51,951 bases of DNA from Thermoproteota archaeon. GTDB taxonomy: Archaea > Korarchaeota > Korarchaeia > Korarchaeales > Korarchaeaceae. The translations under genes were made by a program, and so were the position numbers. This document shows positions 1 through 8,700 of the stretch, piece after piece; the stretch's first letter is position 1; each line of letters opens with the position of its first letter. The notes beneath the pieces were generated by a model. That model did no database searches. It saw nothing but the letters and a program-made list of their open reading frames with translations, and had not been told where the DNA came from. The stretch covers positions 1 through 51,951 of the forward strand of contig WALU01000005.1 in NCBI GenBank assembly GCA_015522685.1. Reading direction: 5' to 3'.

Positions 1-678
1 AAATATATCTTCTGTTGCATAATCCGAGAAAGCTCCCTTGTTATCCCGCACTCTCACTTTAACTGCGTATGTTCCTTCTTTGGAATATATGTGAGTGATT
101 CTTGTTAGGTTTGATCCACTTATCTCTTTTCCATCACCAAAGTCCCAATAGTAAGCTACTACTTGACCATCTGGATCTACCCCTTCAGCAACAAAAGTCA
201 CCTTCTTTCCAAGTTCCACGGGATTAGGTGATATTTCTTTCAATTCAACGATGGGATTATAATTAGATTTCTTAATACCTACTGTAATTACCTTGCTTGT
301 ACTTTTGTAGCAAACGTCTTGAACAGTTAAATTAACTAGATAAGTCCCATATTCACTATAGGTATGCTTAACTACTATCTTAAATAGAGAATCTCCTACC
401 CTAGACCACGTTCCTCCTTTCTTCAGAGTGGTACCGTCGCCTAGGTTCCACACCCAATCTTGTACTTTGTTTCCTGATAAAGAGTTAGTATCTAACTTAA
501 CAGTCCCAATTAATTCCACAGTTTTTCCATATATTTTAGAGATAGACATCTCAATGATTTCCGGAAATTTATCAACGGAACAGTCTACAGCCGGGCATCC
601 TGTATCAGCCGAAACATTTAACGTCAGCAGCATAAGCGCCAGAACAGCTAATGCAACGATTATTTTTGTTGCTCTCAT
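1..678 (-). CDS. Secreted/surface PKD-domain protein (C-terminus runs off window start)
   Basis: Manual translation from ATG at 678: MRATKIIVALAVLALMLLTLNVSA signal peptide, then PKD repeats WVWNLGDG...HTYSEYGTYLVNLTV and YYWDFGDG...HIYSKEGTYAVKVRVRD; open to position 1. Confidence 0.85.
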   Translation of the reverse strand, partial: MRATKIIVALAVLALMLLTLNVSADTGCPAVDCSVDKFPEIIEMSISKIYGKTVELIGTVKLDTNSLSGNKVQDWVWNLGDGTTLKKGGTWSRVGDSLFKIVVKHTYSEYGTYLVNLTVQDVCYKSTSKVITVGIKKSNYNPIVELKEISPNPVELGKKVTFVAEGVDPDGQVVAYYWDFGDGKEISGSNLTRITHIYSKEGTYAVKVRVRDNKGAFSDYATEDIF

Positions 679-903
679 CAGATGATTTGCCAAGTAGCCC
701 TAAATAAAGGTTAGTACACTTCCCCTTATATCATTCTAATGAAACTGTTTCAGTAATAATATCTCATTACTTAGCTATTATTTACAATGATCTAATCTCT
801 TCATCTATAATATAATAAATATTTATTAAACTTTATTGGAGAATATGGCTAGTCAGCCATTGCCTACAAATAAGAGTAGTCAAGGATTAGATAAGGAAGA
901 GAA

Positions 904-2070
904 CTATATCCTATTTTCAAGGGGGGTGTATCTCGTCTCCATTGGGCCTATATATAGAGCTCTTGGTCTTATTAGAATATTCTGTTCCCAATATTCGAGC
1001 ACATGGCCTATCCATCCCGAGATTCTAGAGATAGCAAATATCGGAGTGAATATTTCCGTGGGAATTCCGAGCATATAGTATACTTGGCCTGAGTAGAAGT
1101 CCATATTGGGGAATATGCCTTTCCTCCCAAGTAACTCTATCATGATCTCTTCTACTTCTAAAGCTGTGTTAAGCAGAGTCTCTTGACCAGTCTCCTTAGC
1201 TAACATTCCTATATATTTCTTAAGAATTCTGACCCTAGGATCGTAAGATTTATACACCCTGTGACCAAATCCCATTATTCTCTCCTTTCTCTCAATCTTA
1301 GCCTTCACATACTCCCTAGCATTCTCTGGTGAACCTATTTCCATCAACATCTTCAAAGCCTGCTCACTAGCTCCGCCATGAAGAGGACCCTTAAGAGCAG
1401 AGATGCCAGATATTACAGCAGAATATAAGTCAGAGAGAGTTGAGGCAGTGACTAGGCATGCAAAAGTGGATGCACTAAAACCATGGTCTGCATGCAGTAT
1501 CAACGTTATATCCATTAGCTTGGCTTCTATACTGTTAGGTTCCCTACCCCATATCATATATAGAAGATTAGCTGCATGACTCAGATCCTTCCTTGGATGT
1601 ACTATGTCTTTATTTTCCTTCATTCTGTAATAGTATGCCATTATAGCAGGCATTTTTGAGAATATACGCATTGCTATTCTTAGATTCTCAGCTCTTCTCT
1701 CATGAATGTGCTGGCCCCATATGGAAGGAAGGTCCGAATCAAATGGACCTAGAGCTGCGACCCCCGTCTTTAGTATATCCATAGGATGAGCATTTTTAGG
1801 AAGCTTGTTTACTATATCAACTACTTCCTCAGGTATTTCTCGCTCAGTAACTAAGTTTTCTTTAAATTCGCTAAGTTCCTTCTTATTAGGTAGCTTTCCG
1901 AACCATAGAAGGTAGGTAACTTCTTCAAAGGTAGAATGCTCAGCTAAATCTTCTATCGAATAACCTCTGTAGAGAATTTTTCTCCTTTCATCATCAATGT
2001 AGCTAAGAGATGTCTTAGCCACATAAATACCCTTAAGACCAGTGTAAACAGGAGAAGCCTCCGGCCCCAA
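904..2070 (-). CDS. gltA: Citrate synthase / 2-methylcitrate synthase
   Basis: YRGY, HADHGFSASTF, LKGPLHGGA, GFGHRVYK..DPR, PNMDFYSG motifs; TTG start. Confidence 0.92.
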   Translation of the reverse strand: MGPEASPVYTGLKGIYVAKTSLSYIDDERRKILYRGYSIEDLAEHSTFEEVTYLLWFGKLPNKKELSEFKENLVTEREIPEEVVDIVNKLPKNAHPMDILKTGVAALGPFDSDLPSIWGQHIHERRAENLRIAMRIFSKMPAIMAYYYRMKENKDIVHPRKDLSHAANLLYMIWGREPNSIEAKLMDITLILHADHGFSASTFACLVTASTLSDLYSAVISGISALKGPLHGGASEQALKMLMEIGSPENAREYVKAKIERKERIMGFGHRVYKSYDPRVRILKKYIGMLAKETGQETLLNTALEVEEIMIELLGRKGIFPNMDFYSGQVYYMLGIPTEIFTPIFAISRISGWIGHVLEYWEQNILIRPRALYIGPMETRYTPLENRI

Positions 2071-2120
2071 GCAAGATCGCCTTATAAGGTGAAGGAAAAA
2101 GAGGAAAAAGACTATTAAAC

Positions 2121-2960
2121 TTAGCTCTTCTCTTGATCCTGTGAGAGAAGTTCTTCTATTTTATCTACCACATCCTTGAAGGCGTGAGATACAGGATTAC
2201 CTGGGTCTGCTATAACTATAGGTATTCCCTTATCAGTAAACTCTACTACTTTAGGATCTATTGGTATCGTGCCTAGGAGGGGAACTCCTTCCTCCTGAGA
2301 CAGCTTTCTCCCGCCACCTGTTCCAAATATCTTTACTTTCTCGCCGCCTGGACATATGAAATAACTCATATTTTCTACTATGCCAAGTGGTTTATATTTG
2401 AGCTTTTGCACCATATGAATAGCTCTTCTCACATCCATTAGAGATATCTCCTGAGGAGTTGTTACTAGAATAACTCCATGTAAAGGAATTAATTGCATAA
2501 CACTTAGAGGCTCATCTCCGGTTCCTGGAGGAAGATCGACAACTAAGTAATCTAAATCTCCCCACTGGACATTTCTTACGAATTCATCGATGGCTTTAGC
2601 TTTTAGAGGCCCTCTCCAGATAACAGGATCTCCTTCCCTAAGCATTAGGCCTATGGACATAACCTTCATCTTAAGCGGCCCTTCTGCTGGAATTATTCCC
2701 TCATCTGTAGCGTAAATGGGTACTTTTAATAATCCAAGAGCTTTTGGGACATTTGGGCCAGTTATATCTGTATCTAAGACCCCAACAGAATAACCTTTTT
2801 TAGCCAACTCAGATGCTATATTTACAGAAACAGTTGTTTTACCGACTCCACCCTTTCCGCTCATTATGGCTATCCTTCTCTTTATCTTCTTGACATTCTC
2901 AGGAGGTTGGGGGATACCTGGAGATTTAGATGGTTGAAAATTAGCCTTTATATTGCTCAT
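2121..2960 (-). CDS. mrp: Mrp/ApbC/Nbp35 Fe-S cluster carrier ATPase
   Basis: SGKGGVGKTT, DTDITGP, VIWRGP, DLPPGTGD, VENMS.F.CP. Confidence 0.93.
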   Translation of the reverse strand: MSNIKANFQPSKSPGIPQPPENVKKIKRRIAIMSGKGGVGKTTVSVNIASELAKKGYSVGVLDTDITGPNVPKALGLLKVPIYATDEGIIPAEGPLKMKVMSIGLMLREGDPVIWRGPLKAKAIDEFVRNVQWGDLDYLVVDLPPGTGDEPLSVMQLIPLHGVILVTTPQEISLMDVRRAIHMVQKLKYKPLGIVENMSYFICPGGEKVKIFGTGGGRKLSQEEGVPLLGTIPIDPKVVEFTDKGIPIVIADPGNPVSHAFKDVVDKIEELLSQDQEKS

Positions 2961-3000
2961 GATTGCACCAAACTAAATGCCTTACATTGAGTAAAAAAGT

Positions 3001-4098
3001 TTATCTCAAGTAGATCCTAGCGGGAACATATGGAAGTAGGTAATTGCCCCTTCTCCGTATGCCAAATGATATTAACTGACCATTTTTTAACGGGTGATCA
3101 AGTATCTTCTTCCATGAGCCTTCGTAAATCCATAAACCTCCAAGTACGCCTTTGTCACTGATCCAGTATTCTGTCCCTACTTTCGCTATCTCAGCCCATC
3201 CTATAGGCGGGCCTGGCGGTAAAGCCCTATGAGATCCTATCTCTTGCAGACTAACATCAGCTTTGCCTGTCCCTCCCTGTCTCTTTACCCTTCCAAATGT
3301 TAGCTTATCAGAAAGCGATATTATCTTTCCTTGGACAATTATTCTAGGCTTGCTTCTAGCTGGTATTTTTGCCCCCATGAGGGCTATGGCCATTTCTTTA
3401 GCACTACCAAATCTCTCCCAAGGGTTAGAGCTTAATGCCTTCTCCAAAACATATCTTAAATGGCCTGAGATTCTCTTTGGTATATCTTGTGGCCCAATAC
3501 TACTCTCAGGATCTATTCCTGAGATCAGGAATAGTAAGAGAACTCCTATGGAGTATATATCGGCTTCAGGTGATACCTCTCCCTTCATAAACTCTAGAGC
3601 ACTCCATCCCGGAGTTCCTGCCATTGATCTCCCTCCAATAGCTCTAGCTATGCCTAAGTCTATGAGGACTGGATGAAGGGGCTTAGGAAGTATTATATTA
3701 TCTGGTTTTATATCCCCATGGACAATACCGAATGAGTGGATCTTCTCCAATGCCGATAGAATTCCAAGAGCTATTCTTATAGCGTCATTCTGGGTAGCTC
3801 TTCTACTAGAGAAGGCTTTATCTAATGTATAACCAGGGATATATTCCTCAACTAAAGCGGATAGGTAGGGAATCCATTCTATGAATGCAACTATGTTATC
3901 ATGGGGGAAGGGTTTTGATAATTCCTCTAATGTAATGGCTTCCTCCTTTATCAGCCGTCTTGCCAGTTCATCTTCTTTTGGCAGCTTTATAATTACTAGC
4001 TTATCCTTACTCATAGCTAACAATACTTCTGCGAAACCACCTGACCCTAATTTCCTTATGATCTTATAGATTGAATTTTTGCCCTTAATGCTCCTCAT
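3001..4098 (-). CDS. Hanks-type Ser/Thr protein kinase with C-terminal degenerate FHA-like domain
   Basis: GSGGFAEV, IIK, HGDIKPDN, IDLG, GTPGWSALE, DIYSIG; C-terminal LTFGR...YWISD beta-sandwich pattern. Confidence 0.88.
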   Translation of the reverse strand: MRSIKGKNSIYKIIRKLGSGGFAEVLLAMSKDKLVIIKLPKEDELARRLIKEEAITLEELSKPFPHDNIVAFIEWIPYLSALVEEYIPGYTLDKAFSSRRATQNDAIRIALGILSALEKIHSFGIVHGDIKPDNIILPKPLHPVLIDLGIARAIGGRSMAGTPGWSALEFMKGEVSPEADIYSIGVLLLFLISGIDPESSIGPQDIPKRISGHLRYVLEKALSSNPWERFGSAKEMAIALMGAKIPARSKPRIIVQGKIISLSDKLTFGRVKRQGGTGKADVSLQEIGSHRALPPGPPIGWAEIAKVGTEYWISDKGVLGGLWIYEGSWKKILDHPLKNGQLISFGIRRRGNYLLPYVPARIYLR

Positions 4099-5189
4099 AT
4101 ACTAGGGACACCCAAGTCTTCCTCTTCGCCTGAAACGAATCTTAGTCTTACGACCTCTGCTATATCTATTATAGTCCCATTTGCTAGCTTAATAGATTCA
4201 TTCCTTACCAGCTTTCTTCCATTAACCCATGTACCATTTAAGCTGCCTAGGTCCCTTATAAAATAGCCTTGAGATGTCCCTTTTATCTCAAAGTGCCTCC
4301 TCGATATGTAATCTAGGTCCTCGTCAGAGATATACCCAGCGAAGTCCCTCCTACCAAAAGTCCTAATTCCTATTCTTAAAGTAATAGAGAGCCCGTTAGG
4401 ACCTATGAGTTGGGCACCTCTCTTCTTTTTAGGTAACGGTATCTCCTCCCATTTGCTTACTTCCCTCGGATGTATAAGCTTTCTTTGAGAAGGAGCTTCG
4501 GCCTCTCTTGGAAGTTTTTCTTCGAATATAGGGCTGCTCTTAACTTTCTCAGGCTCTACTTCTATTTCAGCTCTCGATAGAGAATTAGTAATAGTTATGA
4601 GTATTATGATCGCTAGTAATGTTATCGCTGCAGATATAGAAATAGATGCATAGATAGTTAATGGTCCTATGAGGAGTAGGGTAGATCCTATCTTAAGATT
4701 TATAGAGTTCAGAAGTGATCCCATCTTATAAAAGCCATACACTATTGATAGAAAAGTAGATAGAGATGTAAGTATTGCTATTAGTAGTAGAACTGACCAA
4801 TCAGGCAAGCTGCTTATGACAGATAGTGGGTCCTTCATTATCTTGGGTAGGAAAGAGTATGTTATTGTGATAAAACCGACGAAGAAGATAATTGATGTTG
4901 CTACTCCATATTTTATAATTCTTTGAATTAAGCAGAAGGATTCATCTAATCCTTGGCACACCACTCCCCATCCTTTATAGATTAAGAAGATGGAGGCTAG
5001 GGCTATTAGGAGAGATAGGATACCAGCAGCCTCGATAGAGTACGCTGATATGGATACTTGACCGATACCTCCTTCCACGGGTATACTAGGTTCTTCTATA
5101 CTGATAGCAACCAGAGGAATTAGGATGGATACTAGCATTAGGATTAAGGAATTTCTGAGGAGCTTGATTCCTAGGGGAAGGTCTTTCAT
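4095..5189 (-). CDS. Polytopic membrane protein with C-terminal FHA domain
   Basis: About 5-6 hydrophobic segments, charged Pro-rich linker, FHA motifs FGR, ISRRHFEI, DLGSLNGTWVNG. Confidence 0.88.
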   Translation of the reverse strand: MKDLPLGIKLLRNSLILMLVSILIPLVAISIEEPSIPVEGGIGQVSISAYSIEAAGILSLLIALASIFLIYKGWGVVCQGLDESFCLIQRIIKYGVATSIIFFVGFITITYSFLPKIMKDPLSVISSLPDWSVLLLIAILTSLSTFLSIVYGFYKMGSLLNSINLKIGSTLLLIGPLTIYASISISAAITLLAIIILITITNSLSRAEIEVEPEKVKSSPIFEEKLPREAEAPSQRKLIHPREVSKWEEIPLPKKKRGAQLIGPNGLSITLRIGIRTFGRRDFAGYISDEDLDYISRRHFEIKGTSQGYFIRDLGSLNGTWVNGRKLVRNESIKLANGTIIDIAEVVRLRFVSGEEEDLGVPSI

Positions 5190-5226
5190 ATAGGATCAGG
5201 AGGTATATGGAATCGTTAAGTAAAAA

Positions 5227-6924
5227 ATGTACTCACCTGAGCTGGTGGAAAAATTGAAGGTAGACATAGCTCTGATACATGCTCCAAGTGTATATGATTT
5301 CAGAGATAGATATTCATATGCCTCCATTATAAGCGAAGTAGTTCCTTCTCTCTTCGTCTTTGATATGATCCCTTATGGGTTCCTCACTTTAGCTACATAC
5401 CTAGAGAGGAGTGGCTATAAGGTTGGGATATATAACCTTGCATCTAAGATGCTTAGAGATAGAAATTTTAATGTGGGGAGGTTCATAGAAGGTTTAGATG
5501 CAGATATATATGGGATAGATCTTCACTGGCTTGTTCATGCGCATGGCTCCATAGAGGTAGCTAGAATAATCAGGAAATATCATCCAGATAGTAAGATCGT
5601 GTTAGGTGGGCTTTCTTCGACATTCTTTCGCCATGAGATAATCAAGAAGTATGACTTCATAAATGCCATACTGTTGGGAGACAGTACTGAGCTTCCCTTT
5701 CTAAGGTTTGCGAGGGAAGGACCTGAGAATACACCCAATATCATCTGGAGAAATAAGGAGGGGAAGATAAGAGAAAATCCGATAATATGGGTACCAGAAT
5801 CCCTCGATGATTTTCAGATAGATCATAAGTTTCTAGTGAAGAATCTCATGAGGTGCCGCGACATATCGCTTGGAGCTCCCTTTTGCTCTTTCATAGAGGC
5901 TCCGATATCTGCTGTTCTAACTGTAAAAGGATGCTCTTTTAATTGCATTACATGTGGAGGATCAAAAACAGCATATAGAGAGTTCTTCGCTAGATCTAAT
6001 TTGGCCCTGAAATCTCCTAAGGCAATAGCTGATGAAGCTCAAGGAATAGCAGATATGTCATCCATGCCCATATTCTTCATTGGAGATTTGAGGTATGGTA
6101 ATAGAGTAAAAGAAGTTTCTCAACTACTAAAAAAGCTGAATCTGGATAATGAGTTAATATTCGAGTTCTTCTCTCCTCCATCGAGGGAAACTCTTAAGCT
6201 GTTGAGGGAGACTTCACATAGAGTCTACCTGCAAATCTCACCTGAGAGTCCTGTTGATGAAGTCAGAATGAATTTTGGAAGGCCTTATAATAACAAATCC
6301 CTAGAAAGGATGATAAGGCATGTTGATGAACTGGAATTTGATAGATTAGATCTCTACTTCATGATAGGTCTTCCAAAGCAAACACCAGACCATTCCCATC
6401 TGGTGGCGAAATACTTCTCTAGAGTTAGAGAGATATCAAAAAGAGTAAATGCTTTTGTATCCCCTTTAGCACCTTTTATCGACCCGGGGAGCAAGGCTTT
6501 CATGCATCCAGAGGTTTTTGGCTATGAGATACTGTTCAGGGATTTTGAAAAGTATAGAGAGGCGCTTACATCGTACCATTGGAAATATTCCCTGAACTAT
6601 AGAACTTCCTGGATGAGCAGGCAGGATATCGTCGATTCTTCACTAACGGCATATGAGGAATTAAATAAGGTTAAGTTAAGCGAGAGAATGATACCTGAAG
6701 AAGCTTATGAATTAGCTAAGGAGAGGGTCTTGCTGGATAAGAAGGTGCTAGAAGCTGTAGAGAAAGGTGAGTCTGTGCAGGAACTTAGGGATAAAATGGA
6801 AAATTTAGCTATTATTATGGATTCAGAAGTTAAGAAATCATTTTCTCTCTACCCAACAAGAGACTTAGTTCACTGCTTGAGGAATCCTTTAGTCAAGAGA
6901 ATCGCAAGTATACTGATACACTAA
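5227..6924 (+). CDS. B12-binding domain/radical SAM protein (TIGR04190-like)
   Basis: IHAPSVYDFR, GIDLHWLVHAHG, GCSFNCITC (CxxxCxxC), PFIDPGS. Confidence 0.85.
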   Translation: MYSPELVEKLKVDIALIHAPSVYDFRDRYSYASIISEVVPSLFVFDMIPYGFLTLATYLERSGYKVGIYNLASKMLRDRNFNVGRFIEGLDADIYGIDLHWLVHAHGSIEVARIIRKYHPDSKIVLGGLSSTFFRHEIIKKYDFINAILLGDSTELPFLRFAREGPENTPNIIWRNKEGKIRENPIIWVPESLDDFQIDHKFLVKNLMRCRDISLGAPFCSFIEAPISAVLTVKGCSFNCITCGGSKTAYREFFARSNLALKSPKAIADEAQGIADMSSMPIFFIGDLRYGNRVKEVSQLLKKLNLDNELIFEFFSPPSRETLKLLRETSHRVYLQISPESPVDEVRMNFGRPYNNKSLERMIRHVDELEFDRLDLYFMIGLPKQTPDHSHLVAKYFSRVREISKRVNAFVSPLAPFIDPGSKAFMHPEVFGYEILFRDFEKYREALTSYHWKYSLNYRTSWMSRQDIVDSSLTAYEELNKVKLSERMIPEEAYELAKERVLLDKKVLEAVEKGESVQELRDKMENLAIIMDSEVKKSFSLYPTRDLVHCLRNPLVKRIASILIH

Positions 6925-7751
6925 TCCTCCGGAATAAAAGCATCTACTAGTTCATCTGGTATAGAACAACATGCAAATACTTTATTCAGTTTCAAGGAAT
7001 AATGAGGATTGGCTATTCTATCAACAGCTCCTAAGACAAGCGAATCCATCTTTTTTTTCAGCCATGGAGGCCTCATGCACCCCAAGCTAACTTTAGACAC
7101 CTTAGATAGAATATCAACAGCATTCCTAACCTCTTTAGGAGTAGGTGGCTTCTCATTACTTAGAGGAGTGCCGGTTGTTGGTATAAATGCAAGTATTACT
7201 GTCCTATCGATACCAAGCTCTCTAATAGTGTAGGAAGCCTCCTTAATCCAGTCAGCAGTTGAGCCTGGGAGCCCTACGACCATATGAGGAACCACATTCA
7301 CTGATTCATTTAAAAGTAGTTCCATCCCCCTCACAAAAATCTCTGGGTCTACATCCAATCCTTTAGATCTGGATATAGCTTCCTTATCTAGTATTAATTC
7401 ATAATCAGCTATATCTACTCCAGCTTCTGATAGCATTAAAGCCTCTTCTTTTCTTACCACCCCCGTATGAACGCTAATTAGATATCCTATCTCCTTTAGT
7501 TCCTTTAATGCCCCTAAGAACGGTTTTATGGGTAGCTTTCCACTCTTTGTAAGTCCGCCGCTCACGAGCATGCCTCTAGCCCCACTTCTCCAGTAATGCC
7601 TTCCCAATCGAACGAGCCCCTCTGGGGTCGTGGCTGGAATCATACCATTTAGCCACCTCCCTTGGCACATAGGGCAGTTTAGAGGACAAAAATGACCGGT
7701 AAGGCTTACTTCAATGAATTTCTTCCTAGGAAAGAAGCCTAATGTATTCAA
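6921..7751 (-). CDS. lipS1: Radical SAM lipoyl synthase component LipS1
   Basis: CPLNCPMC plus GCMRP and C-terminal CC motifs described for LipS1; overlaps lipS2. Confidence 0.78.
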   Translation of the reverse strand: MNTLGFFPRKKFIEVSLTGHFCPLNCPMCQGRWLNGMIPATTPEGLVRLGRHYWRSGARGMLVSGGLTKSGKLPIKPFLGALKELKEIGYLISVHTGVVRKEEALMLSEAGVDIADYELILDKEAISRSKGLDVDPEIFVRGMELLLNESVNVVPHMVVGLPGSTADWIKEASYTIRELGIDRTVILAFIPTTGTPLSNEKPPTPKEVRNAVDILSKVSKVSLGCMRPPWLKKKMDSLVLGAVDRIANPHYSLKLNKVFACCSIPDELVDAFIPED

Positions 7752-8643
7752 GTGATCTTCTCACCTCCTTGCGAGTGATCTCCCACATGTCCTCCAAGAG
7801 CTTCTTGCTTGGAAAATTATATATGGGGCCTTTAGGTCTCTCATTATAGAAAGGTCGATTACAGAAAGGACAACCACTTGTCAAGAATGCCTCTTTATAG
7901 TCATCTGGGTCCGTTCTAATTATCTTTTTTAGGGGGATTCCTTCGCTCAGGAAGTAGCGGACAATTTGAAGGAACCTATAATATTCAAGTGGAGGGGGGC
8001 TTCTTCTCTCCATAGGAGTCCCTTTCACTGGGGTGAAGGAGAATAGGGCTATACTCGCTTCAAGTTCTTGTATTTTGATCATCAGCTTGATGGCATCTCT
8101 TGGATCTTCATCCATACCAGCTATTAAGTGAACATAGACATGGTTTTTACCAAAAACCTTTAGAGCATTTCTTATATAAGTCATATAAGAGAGCCAAGAA
8201 CTTGGCTTTCTCACCTGTTTAAAGATCCTAGGAGACATTGCATCTAAGCCTACTCCGATCATTTCTGAGTATTTTGAGAGTTCTTTTAATACATCTAAGC
8301 TAACAGGATTTATAGAAATAGAAACAGGTACATCAAATAGAGATGAGATTTCTTTTACCTCTCTCCAAAAATACTTCTTTAAAGTTGATTGTATACATAT
8401 CCTCTTGAACCGCCATTGTCCTCTGATAGCATCTTCTAGGTTTATAATAGGCCATTTAAGATGAGAGAGCATTCCTTCATTGGTCCACTGAGGACAAAAC
8501 GCGCATCTCCCTAAACATCCTCCTTGAGTCAATAAGTAAGCTGTAGTGGGCTCTACACTAAGCTTTAACCTTGAAGCTCCTAGCTTAGCTAGAGTTCCTA
8601 TAGAGGCTCTAATGCTTATAGGCATGGGCTTGGTGGCTAACAT
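7726..8643 (-). CDS. lipS2: Radical SAM lipoyl synthase component LipS2
   Basis: TTAYLL, CLGRCAFC, TSGCPFCNRPFYNE (TxGCPxCNRP motif); start may be ATG at 8625. Confidence 0.8.
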   Translation of the reverse strand: MLATKPMPISIRASIGTLAKLGASRLKLSVEPTTAYLLTQGGCLGRCAFCPQWTNEGMLSHLKWPIINLEDAIRGQWRFKRICIQSTLKKYFWREVKEISSLFDVPVSISINPVSLDVLKELSKYSEMIGVGLDAMSPRIFKQVRKPSSWLSYMTYIRNALKVFGKNHVYVHLIAGMDEDPRDAIKLMIKIQELEASIALFSFTPVKGTPMERRSPPPLEYYRFLQIVRYFLSEGIPLKKIIRTDPDDYKEAFLTSGCPFCNRPFYNERPKGPIYNFPSKKLLEDMWEITRKEVRRSLEYIRLLS

Positions 8644-8655
8644 TATGATAAGGGT

Positions 8656-8675
8656 ATATTAAAATCTTTTAATAT
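8656..8675. promoter_or_regulatory. AT-rich inverted repeat in lipS2/for divergent promoter (back-to-back TATA or operator)
   Basis: ATATTAAAA-TC-TTTTAATAT in a short divergent gap. Confidence 0.4.
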
Positions 8676-8700
8676 TTTAAGGGATACTGAAGCCAGTGAT

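Noticed and set aside
428-1078. Plus-strand ORFs 428-685 and 836-1078
   Set aside because: Antisense to the PKD protein and citrate synthase genes
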